This document shows, piece by piece, positions 38,306 to 49,215 of a stretch of 64,000 nucleotides of DNA. Both the position numbers and the translations under genes were made by a program. Below the pieces are notes generated by a model that worked only from the letters and a program-made list of their open reading frames with translations, had not been told where the DNA came from and made no database searches. This stretch comes from a virus (lineage: Duplodnaviria > Caudoviricetes), in the IMG/VR virus record IMGVR_UViG_3300037313_001002, positions 9,033-73,032 of that record; one strand, given 5' to 3'. Within the stretch, counting starts at the first letter, position 1, and each line of letters begins with the position of its first letter.

Positions 38306-38435
38306 TAACTTTGCTTTGTTAAAAGAAGTCAGGCGAGGCGACTTTTGCAAATTAGCATCCATACGACCCATAAATATCACCCGTATCGAGTTAAGGCCAG
38401 CCTCGCAAATCTGCCTTCTTGATGCGGGTTTCTTT
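38306..38435 (+). promoter_or_regulatory. -7 promoter box plus structured 5' leader (overlapping helices)
   Basis: TAACTTTG 38306-13; helix A 38333-39/38400-06 and 38323-28/38415-20; helix B 38379-87/38421-29 with a G-U pair valid on the plus strand; ATG at 38436. Confidence 0.55.
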
Positions 38436-39230
38436 ATGGAGTATATTTCAACACAGTATCAACACAAAGTTTATTTGCCCCTGCACCTCATTAGAGAGGC
38501 TGTGGATAACGATTGGCTTGATAGCCTGTGTTACTATGTATGGCTGAAAAATAAGCACTCTAAGCCCATTATCTACAATCCGTCATTGCGTAAAATTGGA
38601 GCCCTGTTAAAATGTAGCCCAACGACTATTAAAACGCACATTTCGGTCTTAAAACAACATAATTTATGCCATTACGAGCCCGGCGTTTTGATACTAAAAT
38701 CAACACGGGAATTTAAAGCTGAAAATCGTAGCCAGTTGGTTCCGGTAGGTATCAGCCCAAACAAATCAGAGCAACGCGACCTGTTAAGGTTCACGCTCAT
38801 AAAAAGAAATCTACATACTCAATTTAAATCATTTATCACAAAGAACAACGTCTTACAATTTCTCCGGGGCAAGCGGTTTCCCTACAAGGTGGAAAAGTCA
38901 CTTTACAGGAAAAACCAAAAGCTCAACCTAAACGCTGAAAGTTCTTTGAATAATGAAATGACGTTGGGTAATAAAAAGATAGGTTCAATTTGTAATCGAA
39001 GTCAATCAACAGGTATAAGGATTCAAAAGTCCTTTAACAACCTCGAACTCATCACATCATACAAAAGAGTGCATGAAGTCGCCAAATACCATAACAGAAG
39101 GTCATTTTTCGAGCAATTTCCGGGGCAATCCTACTTTTTGAGTGAGGTTGGTACGGTCTTTAAGAGATTATCCAATGGTATTCTACTTAGACAGGATGGC
39201 ATGGAGAAATTGTATTATTCCAAAAACTGA
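38436..39230 (+). CDS. Basic HTH-containing protein (Rep-like); probable start ATG 38436
   Basis: 'PSLRKIGALLKCSPTTIKTHISVLKQHNLC' HTH, second HTH-like 'NKKIGSICNRSQSTGIRIQKSF'; the track's upstream extension is the leader RNA. Confidence 0.55.
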   Translation: MEYISTQYQHKVYLPLHLIREAVDNDWLDSLCYYVWLKNKHSKPIIYNPSLRKIGALLKCSPTTIKTHISVLKQHNLCHYEPGVLILKSTREFKAENRSQLVPVGISPNKSEQRDLLRFTLIKRNLHTQFKSFITKNNVLQFLRGKRFPYKVEKSLYRKNQKLNLNAESSLNNEMTLGNKKIGSICNRSQSTGIRIQKSFNNLELITSYKRVHEVAKYHNRRSFFEQFPGQSYFLSEVGTVFKRLSNGILLRQDGMEKLYYSKN

Positions 39231-39235
39231 ACAGC

Positions 39236-39970
39236 ATGGATTTACACGAATACAACGAAAAGAAACAGTGCATCGAGTGGATGATAAGACACTACGAAAA
39301 CAACTGTATGAAATATTTGGACTACGAATCAGTAAAGCACATGAAGCTGGACGACTTAGAAACCCTGTACAACTACGATGAAGCAATGGTAGACATGTAC
39401 TGGTGTGAACTTCATTTATTGGAAGCTAAAAGATTGATTTATGGCACGAAAGCACATTAAAGCCTTTCAGAACGAACATTACAAAAAGATGGACGACAAC
39501 ATCCTATTAGCAGCGTTCAGGGCTTATATGGTCTATAAAGAGGGTTTACAGCTAAGAGAAAGGTCGGGCTGTCACAAAAGATTGAAATTGATATGAAAAA
39601 GGAAGAAGCCATACAAATGGCCAATAGGATTTTGGCCGGAGAGAAACCGATTACAAAAATGGTTAAGGTTGATAAGTATACGTTTCCTGCCTTATTTAAG
39701 GATGGTAAAATGTTTACCCTCGACGGAAAGACACCTGTAAATTACCCAATATATCACAAATATGATAAAGGTGATGGTTCTGAATTATCACAACAAGAAA
39801 AAGACTATAATTTTAGATTGACTGAAGTCACCGAACAACACAACTCGGAGATTGAATCATTAAAAGAGACGATAAAAAAACTGGACATTAAATATCAGGC
39901 GTGTTCAAATATATTAGAAAGATTACGAAAAAGTCTTTGGAGTTATATAGCTTTTAGATTAAAAATATAA
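39236..39970 (+). CDS. Small hypothetical genes (39236-39460, 39593-39970)
   Basis: ATG ORFs. Confidence 0.5.
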
Positions 39971-40156
39971 AAAAGTTAACATGTGGCAACCTAAAATAAT
40001 AATTGCTTCAACAAATGAAGATAGTTTATTATACCTAAGATTAGGCAAAAAACTTGTTAGAAAGAAAGGTTTTTCATGCCATGAAGATGTATTTAATTAT
40101 ATCGACAAGCATAAACTATATGACAAAAAAACTTCTATTAAACTTTATAAGTCGTT

Positions 40157-40564
40157 ATGATAACCCTCAAAAAGAAGCGTTGTAAGATCTGTAATGAGTT
40201 AACCTATATCTTTAGTCATGGTAACTGTAAATCCTGCGACGCGAAAATTAAAATATGCAAACGTATATCGCGTGTTAAATACCAGACAAAGCAGATCAAA
40301 AAGGTAAGCGACAAACAGAAGAAGTTAAACTTAGCTTACTTGGCACAAAGGGAAATATACTTAGAGCAGCACCCATTTTGTAAGGTAGGGCTTGAAGGAT
40401 GTATGGGTAAAGCGACAACGGTACATCATAAAATCGGCAGAAATAAATTTTTACTGGATGAAACCACTTGGTTACCTTGCTGCATGTTTTGTCACCACTA
40501 TATTGAGACCCACGGTAAATGGGCGAAAGAAAAAGGATATTCACTTAGCAGACTTGAAAAATGA
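40157..40564 (+). CDS. HNH endonuclease
   Basis: 'HPFCKV..GC..ATTVHHKIGR...WLPCCMFCHHYIE'. Confidence 0.8.
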   Translation: MITLKKKRCKICNELTYIFSHGNCKSCDAKIKICKRISRVKYQTKQIKKVSDKQKKLNLAYLAQREIYLEQHPFCKVGLEGCMGKATTVHHKIGRNKFLLDETTWLPCCMFCHHYIETHGKWAKEKGYSLSRLEK

Positions 40565-40803
40565 AAAGGCTGAAATATATTTGGCAGGATACTATATACT
40601 TCTTAGAAAACAATAGCACTCCGGGTATTATTGTAAATATGACTTGGATTTTATACCTTTTGGCAAGGTTGATATTGTTACCATTTCAACTACTAAATGA
40701 TTATTTAAAACCGCGTTAGGGATTGAAGCGGATACAGGCCATGAGCCTAATGCCTGTGCGCGTATGAGCGGAAAGCCCGACCCGCTGGTAAGCGGGGAAC
40801 GCC

Positions 40804-41789
40804 CTACTTCGTCCAACCTTTAGGAAATAGTTCTATGGAGTTTAACCATTTTATTCCTTTACGGTAAAAGTCTACTCTTACTTCCGGGCTTTCATCAAAT
40901 ACAGGTCTTTTAAGATTAAGTACAGGTTTAGCATCCCTGCCTATTATTTCAGAGATACTAAGGTCAGAAGAACCCTGTTTACTGACTACTTTAAGGTTAG
41001 CGTTTTTCATAGTAACTCATCCTCCTCAATTTCCCCATTAAGCCATTGGATAGCACACAAAGCCATTGATTCTTCGTTATGTGACAAATCTTTTTCATAG
41101 ATTTCATCCTCATCCCATTCATATTTTATAGCATCAACCGCATAGTCAATTGCACTCCAATTATCATCACCAAAAACGGAATATTTCGGTAACTTACTTT
41201 TCAAACTATTAAGTTTGCCTATCATGGTTTCGATTTCTTGTTCTGTCCTTTTCATCCTAATTTATCAGTTAAGTAAAACTTTATAATTCTTTCATAATCA
41301 TTTTCAAGTACCGATTCAGGTCTTAAATACTCCTGTACCACATCATCACCTTTAGTATTAGGAAACTCTATTTTATGTAAGTTCCAGTCCTCTATAAAAG
41401 CTAATAAGTCCTTTTTAAGAATAACATACTGTACCCTGCTATGAGTATGGTGATAAGACAGTTCATAACATACGTTATAACCGTTATCCACTTTCTCTAT
41501 TTTAAGGATGGTCAGTGATGTTGTGGTGGGGTTGTGCATATTTTTAAAGACCTAATACTTTGCGTATATTTTCGTTATATTCTTCTAAAATTTTATAGTA
41601 CAATTCACGAGTTTCGTCATTCAGCTTATAATCAATAGACCGTTTAGCTATTTCACAACGTTGCATCATAAGTAATTTTATACAAACCACGGCACGTTGA
41701 TATGTATCCGAATCGCCTAAATAAATTGCTGTATTTATTTTAGAAATCATTTCTATTCGAGACTGCGCACTTGATTCCATAATTTCCAA
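40804..41789 (-). CDS. Four small leftward genes (40804-41010, 41007-41255, 41252-41539, 41544-41789)
   Basis: Overlapping start/stop codons indicate a small operon. Confidence 0.6.
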
Positions 41790-41947
41790 TGCTTTAAATA
41801 ATATACAATGTTAGGTAGAAAAAAGGAATTATCAAAATACTTTAACAACAAGTTATTAACATTATTAATGATAAATATGTTGGTAACTTTATTAACAAGT
41901 TATTAAAAAATGTATTACTTTTGATTTATTAAAACGATAGGTAACCC

Positions 41948-44900
41948 ATGAATAAAAAAAGATTAGAGCCATTAAAAAAGATTGACATTGGCGCAATCGC
42001 TATCGGTGAGGAGATAGAAATATATGCAGGGCGTTTGGCATCATTTAAAGCCTCTGTAAGCCGTTATAATAAAGATAACGGGCTTGCATTCAGGTTTGAC
42101 TATTCAGACGTTCATAACAACTATGTGACGGCTACACGCGTAACCGATAAAATTGTAACCCTACAACCATGAAGCTGGAACTGAAACACCTTTCGCCCTA
42201 TTTGCCGTATGGATTGAAATGCAGAAGCGATATGCCGGGTAACACAATTTTTGAAATGCGTATTTTAAGCAACAATAACGCTTATGAAGACGATAGGTCT
42301 TGCAGATGGGGAATAGGTACATTTAAACCACTCCTCACCCCACTATCCGAATTGACAAACTCACAATGGATAGATGTTATTATCGCTGGTGATATTGTAT
42401 TAGAGCGAGAACAGACCTACGATATGGATTTTGAATGGGATAAGGAAAATGATTTATTGATTATCGGAATCCCCCATGATGGCGGTCGAGAGCATATTAA
42501 GTTTAGCAAGCATTTTATGGCTTTCGGAGGTTCGCTTTGGATAAATCAATTAGCCGCCTTCAACAAGCTATATGAACTACACGCAGACGTTTACGGTCTC
42601 ATAGAATCCGGCTGCGCTCTAAATAAGAACAGTTTAAATAAATGAAAAGATGAACAAGCAAGACCCAAAGAGAATAGCAGTTGGATTGTGGGATAAGGAA
42701 AATAATACTATTCAACTGTCTAAAAATATCTGCCAAGTTGTTACCACATCGGTAAATAAACTCGTGTGGGAGAACTACGGTAGCGGTGGATGGATAGAAG
42801 GTCGCGAACAAGTTGAGAGAACGGTTTATACCCACACGGTTTATAAAGACGGTGTTAAAATCGGCGTAATAGACACTTACAATGTAATGTTTGTTAGCCC
42901 GGACAGATACAAAGTCATTCTAAATAAAGATTACCGGGACATATTTCCAAAAGTAGAAGTTTAGCCCCCCTGTTCACAACAACCAAAACAAAGAGAACGA
43001 TATGAAAAAAATATATACAGTTATCCGAATTTTAAGAGAAGAAATTACAGTTGAGGCTAAATCTAAAAAAGATGCGCTAGAGGCTGCTAAAGAAAACTCA
43101 ACGAACTCTCTAGTTAAAATAGAAAGTGAGATTGCATTTTTATATAAAGGTACTGATAAAAAGGATACCCCGAACTATATACCGATAATGGATTACTTTA
43201 AGAGTTAACCCCTACCACTAAAAACCAAAAAGAAGGATGAAAACCATTGAAGAAAATAATCAACTAATCGCTGAGTTTTTAGGATCGGTTTATAAAGCCG
43301 ATAATGAAGGAATATACGGGTATTATTTTCAAAACCCATTTGCAAAAGACTGGGAAATAGGGTATCAGGCAGATGATTTACAATTTCACACTTCCTGGGA
43401 TTGGCTTATGCCCGTAGTTGAGAAGATTGAGGTAATGGGGTATTTGGTAACCATATCAACTTACGGTTGCAATATTCAAGAGGAAAAGACCGCCGTTTCT
43501 GTAACAGGCTTTATTGCTGACGAAACAAAACTTGAAGCCACTTACCAAGCCGTAACAGAATTTATTAACTGGTATAAAAAAGCATCAGCATAAGGAGAAA
43601 GAACATGGCAAAGCATAATCTAAAAGAACTAAAATGCCCTATATGCGGAAAGCCTATGAAGATTGTTATATCTAATCAGGAGCATATTAATCAGGTTTCC
43701 AAAATATTAAAGAAATACAAATACTACCAATACCAGTGCGAAACCTGTAATGAAAAGTATACCACGACCGAAAGCGATACACTTAGTTTAAAAGACTTTT
43801 TTTAACCCCCACCCCCATGACACCGACAAAAAGTAAAGAGGAAATACTCGCAGAGTACCCGTGTTTGGAAAGTATGCCCCCGTATTATCATGAGCCAGAC
43901 GTTCTTAATGCGATGCAATCCTACGCCGACCTTCAAACAGCAGAGCTTACGCGGGAGAACGAAACCCTTAAAGCCAAACTTGAAAAACAACAAGCGGGTG
44001 AATGGATAGATGTAGAGACACGGTTGCCGGAACTTGGTGAAAAGGTGCTGATATGCCGTTATGGAAATCATATACTAATGGGACAATTACTATATAAGGA
44101 ATTGGATGCCGGAGACACTATTAAGGTTTTCTGTGCCTTTTTTAAGGACAAATTTACTGAATGCGAGCGCGATAGCGTTACCCATTGGATGCCTCTGCCA
44201 AATCCACCCCAGCAATAACCAAAAACAGATATGAAAAGTTCAAAAACAGACGGTTCAGATATTTGGATATGTATAATTTTTGAAATGCTTTTAGTATTCA
44301 TTTTTATTAATTCAATAGGCTTAGAAAGCGTAAAAGGCGTTACAAAAAATTTTATAATTGCACTAAGCAGTACAAATGTATTTATATGGTCTATCTTTTC
44401 ATTCCTTAAAATCAAACAATATTATGATGAACATTAAACCAACATTAACATTAATCCTCGCCCTGCTGATAGTAACATCGGTGAGGGCGCAAAATATATT
44501 TGGGCCGCATACCCATACTGTAATTAAAACAGCGCAGTTATTTTTTGAAGCAGATACGCCAAAAGTTATTAAGCGTGACACTATCAGATGTTATTTCAAA
44601 GAACTGGAAGTAAATCACGATACCATTACAGAACATTGGCGACACGGATATCAGGTTATTGACACAATGGGTTCATATCATTATACAGGCGTTTGGGAAA
44701 CTATGGAACATGATACACAACTGGAATGTTACCTTTATCCCGACCGCAAGACGAAAGTAACCAATCAAGTCATTTATTCAATCAGCTCAAAATGAAAAAA
44801 CCACTCTTAATCTTATTAGCCACCGTCTGCATGAGTGCAGCTTTCGGTCAGCAAAAACCCGACACCGCTAAAAAAGTAAAAATAAACCAAGCTGAAGTCT

Positions 44901-45366
44901 GGGATATTCACAGTAGGCTATCCAGAGCGTTAGACATTATTCACCGGGTGCACTTTGACGCGGTTCAAAGGGATTCTATTGACAGATATCTCGCGCCTTG
45001 GATAAGTGAAATCGAACGTAGATACCAAAATGCGATTCCTGAAAAAACGGAAGGAGTTAAAAAATGAGCTACGCAAGCAATGTTGATTTGCCAAAATCAA
45101 TGATGGCATTTGAATTAAAAGATGGTACTCTTTTACTCATTCATAAAGAAGATTGTGAAGCAATAGGAAATAAAATTGCAATGGTATCCGCCTTAAATGC
45201 TCACCTTGTCGTTGAAGATTATTTAAAAAACAAAAGTCAGTTATCGATTGGCATAAAAGAAGTTCAACAAATACTTGAGAAATATCCAGATATGGATAAA
45301 GATAAAAAGAATGAATACTTTGATGTCATGATTCAACTTATCAAAAAAGCAACTGATTTGCCATGA
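41948..45366 (+). CDS. Run of small accessory genes including a DUF551-like protein (43817-44218) and signal-peptide proteins (44376-44795, ~44792-45067)
   Basis: 'EWIDVETRLP...VTHWMPLP' (DUF551); 'LKHLSPYLPYGLK' and 'FHTSWDWLMPVVEKIE' are recurrent Bacteroidota-phage motifs. Confidence 0.6.
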
Positions 45367-45495
45367 AAAAGCCCACTAAAACCCAACTATTCCTCCTATT
45401 CGTCCTCATAGCCATGATACTGTATACGGTTTGGAGGAGAGAGGAGAAGCCGAATACCGACACTTGGATAAGTGAGCATTCGGAGATAACAGGTA

Positions 45496-45921
45496 TTGAT
45501 ACAAGTAAATAAAATGATACAACCACAAGAATTGCGTTTAGGGAACTGGATTGTAATAGGTGGCAAACCAGCACAGGTAACATGCGTGTCTACGGAAGGG
45601 GTATCGGCTGATAGCAATACCACTTCATACTGTTTTGAAAAGTTTGAGGATATACACCCTATTGCGCTCACTGCTGAACTATTGGAGAAAGCCGGGTTTG
45701 AAAACATCACACCTGAATACGACAATGGAATAGTGCATACTTTTAAAAAATATCTATTGATTATAAGATTTACATGGGATGAAGATGGTACTTTATTTAC
45801 GGCAAGAACGGCAAGTTTGGAAAACGGTATGCGCAATTACAGTATTATATTAACATCATTGCACCAACTCCAAAACCTATATTTCGCACTAACAGGCAAA
45901 GAACTCGAAATTAATCTATAA
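45496..45921 (+). CDS. Conserved Bacteroidota phage protein (YopX-like)
   Basis: 'ELRLGNWI...PIALTAELLEKAGF...LHQLQNLYFALTGKEL'. Confidence 0.6.
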   Translation: MIQVNKMIQPQELRLGNWIVIGGKPAQVTCVSTEGVSADSNTTSYCFEKFEDIHPIALTAELLEKAGFENITPEYDNGIVHTFKKYLLIIRFTWDEDGTLFTARTASLENGMRNYSIILTSLHQLQNLYFALTGKELEINL

Positions 45922-45949
45922 ATTAGTAAACAATTAAACAAGTAAAAAA

Positions 45950-46486
45950 ATGGGATTTATTATTAAACTATTGGAAAGCATCTTTCCGTTCCTTTTCAGC
46001 GCATTGCGCCGTTCATGGGACAACCTTAGCCAGCAACAACAACAGGCACTTATTCAATCAGGCACGATCGGCCAGTACCTGAAAAACAATTTAACGATCC
46101 TGGGCGACGATTTAGTGTCGCTCATATCCAATGACCTCAACTTAGATCGGAATATCGTAGAGGACACCTTAATAGCCTTAGCGGGCAAATTTGGCGTAAC
46201 AACCACAAGCGTTAATGATGCGGTTGCCTTTTTGCAAAAGAAACTTCAATCGGCATCGTCTAATGAGGAATGGAACGGCCTGTTAAGCACGCTGCTCAAT
46301 GTAGGCGCAACTATCCTTTCCGGCGGTGCTATTGATTGGGTTCATGTAGCATTAGGTTTGGGTGAATGGGTATATCAACAATTTATAGCACCAAAACAGG
46401 TTACGATATTGCAGGTTCAGACACCAGCACCAGCACCAGTTGCAACACCTACACCAATAGCGGAGCCAGTACCGGGAAACGTATAA
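45950..46486 (+). CDS. Hypothetical protein with amphipathic N-terminus and Pro/Ala tail
   Basis: 178 aa ATG ORF. Confidence 0.65.
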   Translation: MGFIIKLLESIFPFLFSALRRSWDNLSQQQQQALIQSGTIGQYLKNNLTILGDDLVSLISNDLNLDRNIVEDTLIALAGKFGVTTTSVNDAVAFLQKKLQSASSNEEWNGLLSTLLNVGATILSGGAIDWVHVALGLGEWVYQQFIAPKQVTILQVQTPAPAPVATPTPIAEPVPGNV

Positions 46487-46686
46487 TGCCATCAGTCAAA
46501 TGGTGGCAGTTTTGGAAATGGTAAAAAATATTGAGGAGCGGTAAAATTCCGCACCGGCTTTCTAACCCGGCTTGGTGTAATAGACAGCACGTTACTTTTA
46601 AACTGTTTCCACTGTTCAGTAAAAACAGAGCTTCATAATCGGTTTAGGTTAAAGGCAGCCAAAACGCAAGGTAGAGGCTGCCTTGT

Positions 46687-47748
46687 TTGAAAAAAAAAGA
46701 AAAGATGAAAAGGGAAGATAAAAAAAGGCTAATTACCGATGTATTAGCTAAAGACCCACATTGTACAGAGTGCGGTAAATTAATGTTCAATAGCTTTGAT
46801 TTACCATATCCACCCAAAATCATGCCCAATGATGCCGCAATAGTCGCAACAAGGGGTGATAACGGTAAAAAATGGGTAATGTGCGCTGAATGTTCAGAGT
46901 TGCAACATTTAATCAGAAACGAAAGAATTAAACAGGAAGCTAAAATTTCTATTGATGCCCCTAAGCCTGAAAAGGTATCAATAAAAGAACTTTCTGCTGA
47001 TGAAATTAGGCATAAGATACACTTAAATGAAGTGGCAACCAAAGTTATATTGAATGAATTGGGTGTGCCTGACGATAAGATACACCTTGTAAAAGGGGCT
47101 ATTCGTGAAAACTTTCATCTAAAATACTATCTACGTTTTGGTAAATTCCTATCAGAAGAAGTTGTTTAAAAATGAAAACCATAGAAGATTTACTTCTTTA
47201 TTGTCGGGTTAAAATAGCTGAACTTGAATACGAATCTCAAAAAACAATGAAAGATATGGGTTATGTTCCCGATGATATTTATTATTCAATTCATGATAAA
47301 ATAGACACCTACAAGGATGTTATTAATTTCATTCAATCATCAAAATGACCTACATCCTCCTCTCCATCCTCCTGTTCCCACCCCTTGTAATCTTTACGGG
47401 GCTGTTTTTAGGGTGCTGGATTTTTAGGGTTGAGGTGAGGGAGGGGGAAGATAAAATTAAGATATGAAACCAGGCTCGTTAGTTCAATTGATTAATGCCA
47501 AATGGAGGCACAAAACAGATGGTGTAACCTTTCCTGAAACGGGTAAGATATATACCGTCCGCGATATTGTAGTTTCTTTGCCGTTCAAAACAGAAATGAT
47601 ACGGCTTGAGGAAATTGTCAATCCGATAGCTCACACCGGTCAAGAATGGGGTTTTCTAAGTTGGCGTTTCAAAGAAGTATTGCCACCTATTGAAGATGCA
47701 GAAAGTCATATCAGGGAAAATATAGTTGAATGCCCTGTCGTTATTTAA
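46687..47748 (+). CDS. Hypothetical genes (46687-47169 with CxxC, 47464-47748)
   Basis: ORF track; co-oriented. Confidence 0.5.
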
Positions 47749-48032
47749 CTTTGCTCTCCGTCTTTGGGGTTGACAGTCACGTTTGAGCTATCATTAGCTG
47801 TAACGCTTGTAGCATCTGGTTGTTTCTTAGCCAAAGGATTGCCCCCTAAAAGGTACTGAATACCCGACATTAACGCGCCTGTGTTTAACCCACCTATAAG
47901 CAAGTCAGCATACTTTTGACCACCTGTTGGTATAGGTATGAACATGACCGCTACATCTACGCTGATAACAAGCATAACCATACCTGCTATAAACCAAAAG
48001 ATGTGATTAAAATGATTGTCCTCTTGTTGCAT
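47745..48032 (-). CDS. Holin-like two-TM protein
   Basis: Two hydrophobic helices; directly downstream of the endolysin. Confidence 0.5.
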   Translation of the reverse strand: MQQEDNHFNHIFWFIAGMVMLVISVDVAVMFIPIPTGGQKYADLLIGGLNTGALMSGIQYLLGGNPLAKKQPDATSVTANDSSNVTVNPKDGEQS

Positions 48033-48044
48033 TGTGATAATTTT

Positions 48045-48575
48045 TTAAGTTTGATATGGTATTAATCTTGAAAGCCAGCTATGCCCCCATTGAGCAAAGC
48101 CATGTGTATTTTCGTAACGTGCTTTACGCATTGCATTAATTTGGTTGTATATAGCCTCTGCATCCCCGTTATTGACACCGTTTAGTGTTTGTTGACCAAC
48201 TATACCATCTTGTATAACGCCTGCGGCAGATTGCATAAAACGGGCTGCTATGCCCGACCCTTGATTAATTGAACAGTCAAACAGGTTATTAGCTATTTGT
48301 TGGTCGTTCACTTCATCAAGTTTTAGTACGTCCCAATAGTTAGCCTTAAAGAACCCGTGAACCTTTGCCATGAAGTCGGGGTCATTGAATAGCTTATGTG
48401 TAATGTTAGCATCCGTGTCCGGCTTTAACGCATCTACAATAGACCATCCTGACCAATTGGGGTTTTGTCCTCTGTCAATACCCATAGCAGTCTCGGCTTC
48501 GCTACCATTGTTGCTATATCCGGCCTCTGTTTTTTGCGTAATCGCATCCGCTATCAAAAAATCTGCCATACTCAA
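48045..48575 (-). CDS. Endolysin, GH108 plus PG_binding_3 (likely start ATG 48569)
   Basis: 'EAGYSN...ETAMGI', 'FFKANYWD', 'LFDCSINQG', 'QSAAGVIQDGIVGQQTL', 'GHSWLSR'. Confidence 0.9.
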   Translation of the reverse strand: MSMADFLIADAITQKTEAGYSNNGSEAETAMGIDRGQNPNWSGWSIVDALKPDTDANITHKLFNDPDFMAKVHGFFKANYWDVLKLDEVNDQQIANNLFDCSINQGSGIAARFMQSAAGVIQDGIVGQQTLNGVNNGDAEAIYNQINAMRKARYENTHGFAQWGHSWLSRLIPYQT

Positions 48576-48697
48576 TCCACCGTTTCTATTGTGTTCAAAT
48601 GTAACTTAGCCCAGATAACTACAAAAGCTAATGCCAGTGCTATTATAGCACCTAAGAAAAGCCATCGGTTTTTAGGGATATTGGGGAAAGGGGTCAT
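48572..48697 (-). CDS. 41-aa single-TM peptide
   Basis: Hand-translated MTPFPNIPKNRWLFLGAIIALALAFVVIWAKLHLNTIETVD; stop overlaps the endolysin start. Confidence 0.5.
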   Translation of the reverse strand: MTPFPNIPKNRWLFLGAIIALALAFVVIWAKLHLNTIETVD

Positions 48698-48699
48698 TG

Positions 48700-48909
48700 T
48701 TAACAAGTTATAGGATTTTGCCACCATTGACCGGGAGTTGTATCCCACCGTCTTGGCTGAACTTCATAATATGGTTGCAATTCTTGCTTAACGATTATTA
48801 CCTTATCTTGTTGCGGAACAATAGTTTGCTTTTCATCCATCAATTCCAATGCTTCATCAAAGGTTATATGCCCCGCTTTGAATAGCCTTTCAACAATTTC
48901 TTTTTTCAT
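48700..48909 (-). CDS. Small hypothetical protein
   Basis: 'IVERLFKAGHITFDEALEL' (SHOCT-like short helical motif). Confidence 0.55.
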   Translation of the reverse strand: MKKEIVERLFKAGHITFDEALELMDEKQTIVPQQDKVIIVKQELQPYYEVQPRRWDTTPGQWWQNPITC

Positions 48910-49215
48910 ATTACAAATTAATCAGGTATATAGCCAAAAAATAAGCCAACAGCAATAACACGTAACCTATAACTAACTTTTGTTCCGGGTTTTGCATACT
49001 GTAAATCTAACAAACTATTTGCAAAATTCAAAGTACCAATAAAATAAGCATAATCAAATATCCTTATATTCCATTAAAAAGCTAATTAGTGTAATAAATT
49101 TTCGCTTATTCTATTGGAGTGGAATTAAAAAGCCACACCCCTAAAGATAGTCGGAATGTGGCCTGTTTGGTATTTATATGGTCTGTAAGGGGGAACAATT
49201 TCGTACGTGGATTGT

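Noticed and set aside
40717-40810. HDV-like/theta or hammerhead ribozyme
   Set aside because: Helix order does not fit the HDV double pseudoknot, and there is no CUGANGA/GAAA core.
46425-46470. ACCAGC tandem repeat
   Set aside because: It simply encodes the PAPAP tail of the 178-aa protein.
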